A stretch of DNA of 62,893 nucleotides, counting the filler, from Vannella sp. (lineage: Eukaryota), in NCBI GenBank assembly GCA_023345925.1. It is 5 parts of 5 records of this genome, joined end to end, with 100 filler letters (N's around TTAATTAATTAA, not from the genome) between each part and the next. Parts side by side here need not be neighbours in the genome. Positions count along the whole stretch, not along the records: positions 10,233 to 23,582 come from JAJQQN010000478.1; 4 more parts are not named here. One strand, given 5' to 3'. A model generated the notes under the pieces. It was not told the DNA's origin. It ran no database searches and saw only the letters and a program-made list of their open reading frames with translations. Made by a program: the position numbers and the translations under genes. Positions 10,491 to 21,197 of this stretch are shown piece after piece (position 1 is the stretch's first letter; the number at the start of each line of letters is the position of its first letter).

Positions 10491-13400
10491 ATGGAACGGG
10501 CGGCGACGTTGCAGAGGTTCACTGCGAAGGAGGACATGTTCGCTCCAGTGCCTGGGGAAGAGGGCGAAGATCCTGAATTTGTAGGGAGGATAGGGTCGTG
10601 GTGGTATGCTGATGGCTGATAGGTGTTGAATGTAATGCCGTGGAGAGGAAGACGGGGGATGGTGTGGAAGGCCGCCCTTCCTTCTTACCCAGGTCACTTT
10701 CGTGTCAAGCAGTTGCCCCTGGTCGAACAGCCCAGCAGGGTGCTCATTCACTTCTTAAAGGTAACGCTCATGCATGGTGAAGAAGAAAGGAGCTCAAGGA
10801 GAAGGGGTTAGGAAGAAATCAGCCTCTTGACCATGTTGCAACACCGTAACATCTCTTCACTGGTCAGTTCATACTCAAAGGAAAGCTCTCTCTTCGTGGT
10901 CTATCAGTAAGAGCCCTCTCTAAGGTCAAAAGACCCATTCTTATCGCACGAAAGGGACGTGGAGCAAGCAGAGTCCTTCCGCTCCTTGATAGACCAGTAT
11001 GGATGCTTTAAAGAACAAGATGCAGCTCTTTGTATCAAGCAGGCGCTCCAGGGATTGGGCTATTTACACCAATGTGGGATCGTGCATGGCTCATTGCGAG
11101 CTTCCAACGTCTTTGTGGATCTCCATGAGGGCGTAGTCAATCTATCAGAGTTTGGATTGCATATCCCGTTCGCTGATTTGGCTATCTCTGACCTGAAGTA
11201 CTTCTACCAACAATCCACCTTCTGGATGACGCCGGAAGGTATCGAATTGGCCTCACCGACCACAGCGGGAGATATTTGGAGTATTGGCGTGTTTCTTCTG
11301 GAGCTTTTGACAGGGAATCCACCTTTCAGTGGCTTTGTCTCAGCGTCAGATGCGTTGTATCACATTGCAGGCTCAACAGAAGTTCCTCTACCCAGTGACC
11401 TCTCTTCTGTACGCGAAAATCATTCTCCTCTAAGATACAGTGCCTCATATTGGATAGGGAGCCAAATCGTTCTTGTTGGCCTGCTTTACGAAGGATCCCG
11501 CTCAGAGACCGACCGTTGATGATCTGCTTCTGCACCCCTGGATGAAGAGGAGGTTGCAAAGTGTGTATTGCCAAGATGAAATCCACAAGGATACAGCCAA
11601 ATTCATATCTCGATTGAGATTAGCAAATTGTGCGAGAACAAAGAGGGATCTCCAAACTGGCTTCGGAGTCCTCCAAAAGTCTCGCTTATCCCGCTCTACA
11701 CCTGCAGAAAACTCTCCAAAATCTTCCATCTCGAGTTTGGGCTCCGCATCGCGAAAGTCCAACAGGAAAAAACAATCCATTCCTGGGAGACAAGCAGGAA
11801 AGTCGCCCCTTCCCGCTCATTGGACTTCTTTAGTCATTGAACAAGCGCTGGAAGCTAATTCCAAGACCAAAAGCACAATTTCCCTGTTCGTGTCTCCACT
11901 ACAGGTAGACAAGCAATGGTCTTCCTTTCCCCAGCGCTTGCACTCAACGTGTGAGTTCTTATTTCGCCTAGTGAAACAGATTTAACCAATTGCAGCGCGA
12001 CGGGAGAGTATCGCACCGCCAGAAGCTCTTAGTAGCAAAGAGAAAGAGGTTGTACAGGCAGTGGCTATCCGATTCTCAGGTTTAGGAATGGCTCACACGT
12101 CCCAAACACAACGAGATCAATGGAGAACTCTCGTCACTGACTCCATCGTTTCGTGTCCTCGACTTCCATTCCACTTACTCACTGCGTTTGAATTTGGGCC
12201 CTTCCTCCATCTAGCCACGAGTTCTTCTCCTATCGATTCCCAAGTTGCTGTCCAAATTATTGAAGTAGTGAGTAGGAAACGCTACTCCAACATCTACTCA
12301 CCAACGCAAGTAGATACTTAATAGCGTCCCGCACTCTGCCAATCGTTTCTGTTGTTGTGGAGGAATCTCTTGCTTGCTGCCCCTCTTGGAAGTACCAGCA
12401 TGTCAAGGTTCTGTGGAAAGAATACTGAAAGGCGTACGTTCTGATGTTCTCTATATTCCCTTCTCATTTGATATAGTTATGCGCTCTCCAAGTGCCAGCG
12501 GTAACCTTTAGCTTATTAAGTGCTAATGTTCCTAGAATTCTTTTGAGGGGAACTGCTTATTCTCAAGGAAATCCCCATTTTATTGTGACTATGATCAAGT
12601 ATATGGAGCACTCTGTTGATAACAGAGAAGTGTTCTTCCGATCTCTTGTAGGAAGTGGGGCATTAGAATATCTCCTTCAGTCTATTCCACTGTTTCCTCT
12701 TTCAGCAGATCCCCAGCAACTCGAAATTGCCATTTTATCTGCTGATTTAGCATTCAACTTTTTCGGAAGCGATGCAATACGGATGAATGCGCCACTCCTC
12801 TTCGGTTGTGCTGATCTGGAGTTAACTCCTCTAGATATTTCTGGAGGAGTTGCTTTCCAACGTAAGTAATTCGGGAGAGTATCCGAAGTCCTTCTAACCC
12901 CGACAAAGGGGCAACTAAGTTGTACTCTGGCGTCAATCTCCCTTTCCTGATAAGCCAAACTGCCAATGGAGATGAATTGGTAGGGCGAGCGCAGTTAGCC
13001 ATCGCCATCAAGCTCACTTGTATCATTCAAACGATGTCCAAATATCCTCACCTCAGAGAGTCTCTTGCAGATTATGGAATTATTCAAAAGTCCCTCGATT
13101 TGGTCTCCTTCACCATTTCAGAGGAGAAAGAGAACATTTCTGATCATTCTGGCCGCAGCTACCTCCAGGAGATTCAGAAACATGCCCTCGGAACTCTTCA
13201 TTATCTATTACACCTCCATCGTGGTAGACAAGAAGTTGCAGTGGAAAGTGGAGCAATTCCTATCTTATTGGCGCGCATCTTAGCCCCCAACGAACCCAAA
13301 GCGATTCGAGACAGGTGTATTCGCATGCTGAGCACATTTATTAGGACACGCGACTGGGTTCGAGAGGAGCTTTGGAAGTACGAACTTCTCAAAACTACAG

Positions 13401-13852
13401 ATGGAGTCATTGGAGGCCTTCATTTGTACACAACCTCCCTCGAAGCTCTTCTTTTTTGGATTAACCAAGATCCACTGCGCGTTCTTGAAGCCATGGCGGC
13501 AGACAAGAGATCTCTACTGCGAATCATGAAGATGGTCCGCGCTTCTCGCCAACGCTCGCCGTGCGAAGCAGAAAGAGCCATTAATGTTCTATTCTTTATG
13601 TGCCAAGTACCTAGAGTGGCGCAGGCGATTTGTGCAGAACTGATTGAAGAGAAAGCAACAATGGCAGATATGTTGAATAAGTCTCCTTCCACCTTACGGC
13701 TTCGTGTGCTTCAAGTTCTGCTTCTGCTTCCCCTCCAATACGTTAAACTCATTCCTGGAGTTTCTCGTTCCCTTGGAAAATGCCTTGCAGACCAATCGGT
13801 CCTCGTTCGCCACCTCGCTTCCAAGTTACAAACACTTTTGGCTTCCGTTTGA
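10491..13852 (+). CDS. Cdc15/SepA/MAP3K-epsilon-like protein: N-terminal STE kinase fold (probably a pseudokinase) plus C-terminal ARM-like repeats, multi-exon
   Basis: VKQL, EEISLLTMLQHRNI, YLHQCGIVHGSLRASN, LSEFG, FWMTPE, DIWSIG, ELLTGNPPF, KDP.QRP...LL.HPW; helical ARM-like C-terminus (RQEVAVESGAIP). Confidence 0.8.
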
Positions 13853-13887
13853 GTCACAATTCTCAAGCTAAGGAAAGTAACATACAG

Positions 13888-14547
13888 AAGACATTTACTT
13901 TACTGGATTCAAAGAACACAGAGCAATGAAAGCATCCCCTCTTTCTACCTTGAGATGTTGACTTGTTGTTTGGGGAGCGTTCTTCATCAGAGTAGCTCCA
14001 TAAGCGCCACGGCAGATCATCAGAGAATCATCATATTCTTCCATGCTCGTTCCCAAGCTCTCTCCCGCTCCTCGAGCAACATCCAGAACTTCTTTCTGAT
14101 GTTCTTCAGGCAGACAAGATAAGTCATTGGGGAAGACGGGTCCACCACAAACCCGCTGGAGAGCCGAGACGAAGTGACTATTCTAAGTGCGTCCGGCGAT
14201 CCATTGGGAGGATAGGTTGGGCCAAAACTCAGGATGCGTTGCATCATTCCTTGACCCTGTAATAGCGGATGGACCAACAGCCTCAAGGCAAAGCGTCTTT
14301 GCTTTGGCAGAGCGCTCAATGACATGATCGCGACGATGCTAGAGGGTTGCAGGGTCGTTAAGGGTTCTCTGACAAAGAAAGAGGTCTCCCCGAAAGCTTG
14401 ACGAGCGTGTTTTCCCCACCGATCTTGCGAGGTAATGAACAGCTCCTTTGTCAACGAACAGTAAACCTCCAGCAGCTCGCCCACGTGAACATCCTGCAAC
14501 TCCTTTGGCTTCAGCAAGCAATCCACGGCAAAGTTGTCCTCTCCTTC
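13888..14547 (-). pseudogene. Degenerate direct copy of the GNAT gene at 17976-18681
   Basis: Near-identical by eye to 17976-18681, but with internal deletions (near 14229 and 14371), frameshifts and no 5' end. Confidence 0.9.
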
Positions 14548-14633
14548 GCAGGAAAAGTTGGACGTAAGTAAAGAAGGAAGTTGAAAGCTGGATATTTTCG
14601 GAAAACTTGCTTCGGACGTGAGGGATATGATAG

Positions 14634-17273
14634 CTACTGGTGAAAGGTGTCAGTGCCCTTTCGTTTGATTAGTAACCACGCCAGCATTTCATGATCTGTG
14701 TTTGGGCCCCATTGTAGAGCGGGAAAAGTGCCATACAGTTCACTGAACACTCCGTTATTGCGTTTGGCCATTTCCTCTGAGAGACCATCAGTGCTTGACA
14801 CTCCTTCTTGACAAGCAAAGCCAAAGTCAATCAGCTGAACATGGTCGCCAAACTTAAGGATGTTCGGAAGGCGAATGTCTCGGTGGACATAACCGCTTTG
14901 GTGTAACGCGAAGAGGCTTCTAGAAACCCCCTTCATGATATTACTGGAAGATTCGCTTTCGCATTTGGTTCCGTGGTTCATTAAGATGGCACCACCTGAA
15001 GGCTCGGACTCTTCAAATTGCAGGTCCCACCAGCAAGTCTCACTTCGGGGCGACAGCCAGAATCGTTCGTTTTGCAAACGAGGCAGCGCCTTTGTGGTCT
15101 CGAACTGAACCAGTTTGGTGGTGACTTTCAAATCAACGTCAGTTTCGGGTTTGATGGCCGCCAGCGCATAAAACTCAATTGATCGCCACAGTGTACTCAC
15201 CATTGAATTTCTGGTAATAGATTTTGCCACGGCCGAGAGCGCAGCAATCTCTGCTTCCAAATAATTCTGTTTGAGCACAACTTTCACAACAACAGATTGA
15301 GATGTTGAGTCTTTCTCAGGAGAAGCAACTGTCCACTCTGAATCCTCTTTTTTGGGGCATGATAGAAGGAAAACAGTGCCCTGTGTGGAGCTCGCAATCC
15401 ACCTTACATAAAAGAACGCCAAAGGGATCTTGGAATCGAAGAAGGTTTCCGGAACTCTCGAAAGGACAAACCCCTCCTTGCTCATGTACCAAGAAGGATT
15501 CGCTGAAGCTATTTTGAGAGCCTTCAGGAGAGGGATAATTTGTTCTGGTCCAAGCAAATTGATTTGGAGGTCCCATTGGCCTTTCCTACTATCAGATGCG
15601 CGGGCGGATAGGATCCAGATCCGGCGCGATGTCATGACAAAGGAAGTGATTCTTCGGAGATGAGCTTGTCTGTAAATCATCGGTATGACTCGTTCCAGGC
15701 ACTGCTTGATGCCATCGTTATCGAACTTGGAGGGGTTTTTCTTCGCCACTCCTGAATCATATTTAAGCTCAAGAATCCCAGGATAGGAGCTCATGCAAAG
15801 GTCTGGCTGAGCATTGAAAGTGTACAATGTTAGCGTGTTCTGGCTATCAGCGTCTGTCACTCTGGACTGCATTGAGATTGGAACCAAAACGTTTCCACCT
15901 CTCTTATGAGAATCCAGTAAGCCGTACTCTTGAAGCAACTCGTGTGCAGCATTCTGAAACAAAGACTCAGATTGGAAGTTCTGATACAGACCAGATTCTT
16001 CAACCTCAGCTTCGTCTTGACCAAGAACAGGTAAATCTATATCAAGGAGCCTGTTCAAATCCTCGGTCTCAATTTGGAAGTCTTCCAGAGAATATTTGTT
16101 ACAGACAATCCATTTGGTTGCATTGCCGAGAGTGACTTGTCCACATCTTGAATCCTCCTTGAAATTCCCTATTAGCTCGTGTAGTTGGTTGGCCTTTCCT
16201 CGGGCAGCTGCGTTCATACTCTCCTTCCTTCCTTTGGATTCGTATTCTCTTTTTCTTGATTCACGAAGGGCCCAGGCGCGGGCGTCAACGAGAAGATATG
16301 GGCGTAAGTTTGGATCTCTCATCTGTGCAGAAAGTGCTGGCTGGTCTTTCAATGCCACAGTGGAAAGATATTCCGTAAGGAGCGCTTGTTCCTGGTCGAG
16401 GAGCGCTTTTTCCTGGTCGAGGAGCGCTTTTTCCGTTTTCTTCCACCGAATCATTGTTTCAAATGCCTCCTTGGTATGACCTAAAGCGAATGCGCCGGGA
16501 TTCTCAAAGAAGAAACGACTATGCTCTTCATCGAACAGTTCAGTGGCCCAGAGGACTTGTTGTTGTTGAAGAGGGGGAGATTCCTCACGTGCCTTTTTCC
16601 TTGGTACGAGCTCTTCGCGCAAAGGGTCGTCTCTGGTTCTCTTAGAAAGGGGGTCTTGTGGAAGAGGAACCGACATTTCGAGATACTTGAGGTAGGAGGA
16701 CCTATTGTGAGGGAAGGCAGCCCCGGTAGGTTGAATGGCTTGCTGTTGAGCCAAACAGCAGCAAAGAACTGGTAGAGAGAAGTTCTGAACGTCTTGTAAG
16801 GTCACTGAGCCCCGATCATCGACCACTGATGAAAGTTGATCCTTGATTTCCGGGAACTTTGATTCATCAATGTCCTCTAAAGAGAAAGGGAGCTTCACTT
16901 TCGTGTGTGGTGACGTATTCGCAGAGTCAGACGGTCTATTGCTGAACAAAGCCATCAGAAGATCCACCAACTTGGCTCGCTTCGTTTGCTTGGAGGGCTC
17001 TGGTTGATGGAAGATAGCAAGGATGAGCCGTAACTGAGGCACGAAGAGTTTTTCAAAGCATGGTGGTCCTAGTGTCTTCGCGGTGAGGGTCCAGGACTGC
17101 TCGTTCAGAGATAAGACGCATTCTCGGATACTATCGCTCGCGTCTTTGATCGTAAAGAACTCAACAAGCGCTTGAAGGTTCTTCAGAGTGAATAGCTTCT
17201 TATTCGCTCTCGCGGTCTCGTCAATGAAAGGAAGGTAAACATCGAGGTGGGCTGTTGTGCCACGAGAGCCCAT
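14634..17273 (-). CDS. Crinkler (CR)-effector-like protein: N-terminal header/coiled coil + PD-(D/E)xK restriction-endonuclease-fold domain + minimal C-terminal protein kinase
   Basis: Intronless 879 aa; SES...QPDL...ILELK...KQC (E..PD..ExK..Q); kinase VVVK, EIAAL, LHQSGYVHRDIRLPNIL, LIDFGFA. Confidence 0.75.
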   Translation of the reverse strand: MGSRGTTAHLDVYLPFIDETARANKKLFTLKNLQALVEFFTIKDASDSIRECVLSLNEQSWTLTAKTLGPPCFEKLFVPQLRLILAIFHQPEPSKQTKRAKLVDLLMALFSNRPSDSANTSPHTKVKLPFSLEDIDESKFPEIKDQLSSVVDDRGSVTLQDVQNFSLPVLCCCLAQQQAIQPTGAAFPHNRSSYLKYLEMSVPLPQDPLSKRTRDDPLREELVPRKKAREESPPLQQQQVLWATELFDEEHSRFFFENPGAFALGHTKEAFETMIRWKKTEKALLDQEKALLDQEQALLTEYLSTVALKDQPALSAQMRDPNLRPYLLVDARAWALRESRKREYESKGRKESMNAAARGKANQLHELIGNFKEDSRCGQVTLGNATKWIVCNKYSLEDFQIETEDLNRLLDIDLPVLGQDEAEVEESGLYQNFQSESLFQNAAHELLQEYGLLDSHKRGGNVLVPISMQSRVTDADSQNTLTLYTFNAQPDLCMSSYPGILELKYDSGVAKKNPSKFDNDGIKQCLERVIPMIYRQAHLRRITSFVMTSRRIWILSARASDSRKGQWDLQINLLGPEQIIPLLKALKIASANPSWYMSKEGFVLSRVPETFFDSKIPLAFFYVRWIASSTQGTVFLLSCPKKEDSEWTVASPEKDSTSQSVVVKVVLKQNYLEAEIAALSAVAKSITRNSMVSTLWRSIEFYALAAIKPETDVDLKVTTKLVQFETTKALPRLQNERFWLSPRSETCWWDLQFEESEPSGGAILMNHGTKCESESSSNIMKGVSRSLFALHQSGYVHRDIRLPNILKFGDHVQLIDFGFACQEGVSSTDGLSEEMAKRNNGVFSELYGTFPALQWGPNTDHEMLAWLLIKRKGTDTFHQ
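16378..16435. repeat. 21-bp tandem repeat (~2.7 copies) encoding KALLDQE heptads
   Basis: aggagcgcttgttcctggtcg aggagcgctttttcctggtcg aggagcgctttttcc. Confidence 0.85.
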
Positions 17274-17455
17274 TTGCGTAATGAACTTTTCCCGCCAAAA
17301 TGCCGCCTATTTATGCGTCTTTTGGACCAAGCTCTGTGTTGGTTCGTTTTGAAGGGTTTTTTGTTTTTGTTTATTGAGAATCCACGAGGCCAGGCGACCA
17401 CCTCCGCAAAGAGAAAATCCATGAGCCAACCGAGGATCACCATGAAAGCTGAGTC

Positions 17456-17552
17456 GAAGAGGGTTCCAAAACGCGCAGAGTGTCCTGATGACCTCCGTCT
17501 CTTCAAAAAAAGCTTTTGGCCTGATTTCAATTTGTCACTTTTGGGTGCTCAG
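17456..17552 (+). repeat. Dispersed short element, copy 2
   Basis: gaagagggttccaaaacgcg...gtcctgatgacctccgtctcttcaaaaaaagcttttggcctgatttcaatttgtcacttttggg. Confidence 0.75.
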
Positions 17553-17559
17553 AGGACCC

Positions 17560-17915
17560 GAACGAGGCCTCGCAGCCGGTTTAGGTGGACTCGTGATGGA
17601 CCACTCCCTCGTTCTTGATTCGGAGGGCGGTGTGCGGGAGGCTGGCTACTCCAGCTCCTCTGGATCTTCTCTCCATTTTCAGCGACTGTCAGACCTTCCT
17701 TGTATCTCTTTTGTGGCTGCTGGCCTCTCTCACAGCGCTGCAATAGACACCGAAGGTGGCCACTTCGCCTTTGGGTGTGGACGAGCAACACCGATCTCTC
17801 TTGGGCGAGTTTTCTTCCTCAACGAGTGGAAGGACTCCCTCCAATCACCAAGGTGGCTTTGTGGTAACAGCTTTCTCATCGCAGAAGCCGAAGAAGGCCT
17901 CAGATGGTGTGGGCC
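17560..17915 (+). pseudogene. RCC1/BLIP-II repeat gene fragment, paralogous to 22753-23582
   Basis: HSLVLDSEGGVREAG, HSAAIDTEGG and FLIAEAEEGL match the RCC1 gene at 22.7 kb; frameshifted and truncated. Confidence 0.8.
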
Positions 17916-17930
17916 CGATTAATTCACTCT

Positions 17931-17972
17931 ACAAAGAGTGCTTCATTGCCGACAAAGAGTGCTTCATTGCCG
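17931..17972. repeat. Perfect 21-bp tandem duplication at the RCC1-fragment/GNAT junction
   Basis: acaaagagtgcttcattgccg x2. Confidence 0.9.
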
Positions 17973-17982
17973 AGAAAGACAT

Positions 17983-18735
17983 TTACTTCACTGGATTCAA
18001 AGAACACAGAGCAATGAAAGCATCCCCTCTTTCTACTTTGAGATGTTGACTTGTTGTTTGGGGAGTGTTCTTCATCAGAGTAGCTCCATAAACGCCACGG
18101 CAGATCATCAGAGAATCATCATATTCTTCCATGTTCGTTCCCAAGCTCTCTGCCACTCCTCGAGCAACATCCAGAACTACTTTCTGATGTTCTTCAGGCA
18201 GACCAGATAAGTCATTGGGGAAGACGAGTCCACCACAAACCCGCTGGAGAGCTGAGACGAAGTGACTATTCTGAGTGCGTCCGGCGATCCATTGGAAGGA
18301 TAGGTTGGGCCAAAACTCTTCTTGAGAGTCCAATACTGCTTTCAGGATGCGTTGCATCATTCCTTGACCTTGTAAGAGCGGATGGACTAACACAGCCTCA
18401 AGGTAAAGCGTCTTTTGCTTTGGTAGAGCGCTCAATGACATGATTGCGACGATGCTGGAGGGATGCAGGGTCGTTAAGGGTTCTCTGAAGCTGTCCGCAT
18501 GAACCATAAGAAAGAGGTCTCCCCCGAAAGCTCGACGAGCGTGTTCTTCCTTCCGATCTTGCGAGGGACTAAACAGCTCCTTTGTCAACGAACAGTAAGC
18601 CTCCAGCAGCTCGCCCACGTGAACCTCCTGCAACTCCTTTGGCTTCAGCAAGCAATCCACGACAAAGCTGTCCTCTCCTTCCCCAACCTCCCAGCTCCTC
18701 CGCAACCCCTCGGGAATCGCCTCGTAGCGCGCCAT
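17983..18735 (-). CDS. GNAT-family N-acetyltransferase-like protein (possible short upstream exon from ATG 18830)
   Basis: LYLEAVLVHPLLQGQG matches acetyl-CoA-binding motif A (V.P..QGxG); intact 250-aa ORF. Confidence 0.7.
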   Translation of the reverse strand: MARYEAIPEGLRRSWEVGEGEDSFVVDCLLKPKELQEVHVGELLEAYCSLTKELFSPSQDRKEEHARRAFGGDLFLMVHADSFREPLTTLHPSSIVAIMSLSALPKQKTLYLEAVLVHPLLQGQGMMQRILKAVLDSQEEFWPNLSFQWIAGRTQNSHFVSALQRVCGGLVFPNDLSGLPEEHQKVVLDVARGVAESLGTNMEEYDDSLMICRGVYGATLMKNTPQTTSQHLKVERGDAFIALCSLNPVK

Positions 18736-18917
18736 CCTGCAATGGACATTTCCCCACTGCTGACTTGGTGAATGTGGACCAGCAGGCGTGGTTTAGTGGC
18801 TTACCGATGTTGAAACTCTCTGATGTCCATCCTGGAAGGCAAACAGAAGCAAATAGCCATTGGACCGTTCAGCCAGACTTTCGGGAACTTGGAGAGGAAG
18901 ATAGGAAGAGGAAGGGC

Positions 18918-19400
18918 TTACATTAGAAGGCACTCCCCCTTTTTCTGGCTGGTATGAGGATGTACAATACGGATATATATGTACATCGATGGCTTCGAGA
19001 AATACATTCTTTAGCCCTTCTGGCTCAATGCAGAGCACTCCAGATACTTGACTGCCTTGATCTCCTTAGCAATTCGGACTCCTTGTTGCCCTGTTGTAAG
19101 CCCTTCCTCTGCAAGAAGTTCCTTGATGATGAAGTCGTCTTCTTCCCGCAAGTCCAGCTTGGTTCCCACCACGAGAATGGGGATATTAGGCAAGTGAAGG
19201 TTGATTTTTGGGTACCACTTCGTCCTGATGTGCTCCAAGGAAGCTGGGCTGGCGATGGAGAAGCACAAGAGAACCAAATCCGCCCCAGGAAGGCCAGAGG
19301 ACGATATTGGTCATGATCTTCATGTCCAGCAGTATCCCAGGGGGTGATTATGATGAGTGTGTCGTCCAACTTCATGTTAGCGCATCACGTACCATCAAGA
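18918..19400 (-). pseudogene. Rac/Rho small GTPase pseudogene
   Basis: [50 protein letters not shown] and terminal KKGECLLM* (CaaX) are spread over several frames; no P-loop found. Confidence 0.88.
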
Positions 19401-19535
19401 GAGTGAACAATGAGGGGATGCAGGAGAATGACGCCTTTTGTCCAATCAGAACCCGCCCAATGTGTGCTCTCTATCAAGAAGAAATGAGAAATTGAGAATC
19501 ATTAATTATTCACTTGGAATCATTTTTTTGCTGAA

Positions 19536-21085
19536 ATGTCGTCCGATGTGGGGCTGATTGGACTGGCGGTGATGGGAGAGAACTTGGTGGGTGATGCGTC
19601 GGAGATGACGAGTTAGGTGACTGATGTATCGAAGGCGTTGAACATTGCCAGCAAGGGCTTCACCATCTCCGTGTTCAACCGCACGACCAGCAAAATGACC
19701 GACTTTGTGAAGGGACGTGGAGCGGTAGAGAACGTGGTTGGGTGTGAGACTTTGGAGGGCTTTGCTGCATCTCTTTCAAAGCCTCGCGTTGCCATTCTCT
19801 TGATTCAAGCAGGTGGGGCTGTTGATGCAACCATCAAAGGACTTCTCCCGTACTGGGAAGAGGGCGATATCATCATTGACGGCGGGAACTCCAACTTTAA
19901 CGACTCTGAACGTCGCCAGAAAGAGCTACAAGCTCAAGGCATCCACTTTGTAGGTGCTGGTGTCTCTGGTGGAGAGGAAGGCGCTCTCAAAGGACCATCC
20001 ATCAGTGAGGAGCTTTTTCAGACCCCCACTTCATCACTAACATGCTCCATATAGTGCCAGGAGGAAGCTTTGCGGCTTGGCCACGCATCAAGCCGATGCT
20101 CCAAGCCATCTCAGCCAAGGCTGAGGGCGAACCTTGCTGCGAATGGATCAGCACTGGGGGTTCTGGTCACTTTGTGAAGATGGTGCACAACGGTATCGAG
20201 TACGGAGACATGCAGCTCATCTCTGAGGCGTACTTCCTCATGAAGAACCTCCTTTCAATGACAAACGAGGAGATGTTCGAAGTCTTCCAGTCCTGGAACA
20301 ACGGACCCCTTGACAGCTACTTGATTGAGATTACTACTCAACTTCTTACCAAGAAGGACGACTTGGCAGAGTCTGGGTATGTCCTTGACGTCATCATGGA
20401 CACCGCAGGGCAGAAAGGAACCGGAAAGTGGACCGCCATTGCTGCCCTGGACCTTGGAATGCCTCTGACTCTTATCGGAGAGGCAGTGTTCGCTCGGTGC
20501 TTGTCCTCTCAGAAGAAGGAACGCGTCCATGCTTCTCAAGTGCTACCTGGTGTGACTTCTCACTTCGAAGGAGACCGTCAAGAGTACATTCAAGCCATCC
20601 ATGATGCACTCTATGCAGCTAAGATCGTTTCCTATGCACAGGGATTCGTTCTTTTGCGGGCAGCAGAGAAGGAATATGGGTGGGAATTCAACTATGGTGA
20701 TATTGCCAACATGTGGCGGGGCGGGTGTATTATTCGCTCCAAGTTCTTGGGCAATATCCGCTCGGCATTCTTGAATCAACCAGCTCTCAGTAACTTACTT
20801 TTGGATGACTTTTTCAAAGGAGAGATTGCGAAGACCCAAGCTGGATGGCGGAAGGTCGCGGCTAGTGCCATGTTGAATGGTGTCCCTGTCCCTGCTATGA
20901 CCTCTGCTCTTGGTTATTACGATGGCTATCGTATTGCAGAAGGCTCTGCCAATCTCATTCAAGCGCAGCGTGACTACTTTGGAGCCCATACTTACGAACG
21001 CAAGGACCAGGACCTCGGCAAGTACTTCCATTACAACTGGACTGGCCATGGTGGGTCAACCACTTCTGGTTCTTACTTGGCTTAG
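19536..21085 (+). CDS. PGD: 6-phosphogluconate dehydrogenase, decarboxylating (2 introns)
   Basis: GLIGLAVMGENL, IIDGGNS, GVSGGEEGA, HFVKMVHNGIEYGDMQ, GQKGTGKWT, WRGGCIIRS, QAQRDYFGAHTYE. Confidence 0.97.
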
Positions 21086-21197
21086 CTGCCAGCGCCCTCC
21101 TATTGCCTGCAGCAAAGCTGAATAAACTCTATTCGGGCAGAATGAGTCAAGGAAGTCTTATTCTATTGTCAGAAGCACGTCAGAAGGGCATCAAAGA

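Noticed and set aside
17484..17500. CUGAUGA (also at 35268) as a hammerhead ribozyme core
   Set aside because: No stem II followed by GAAA, and no compatible stems I/III, could be built
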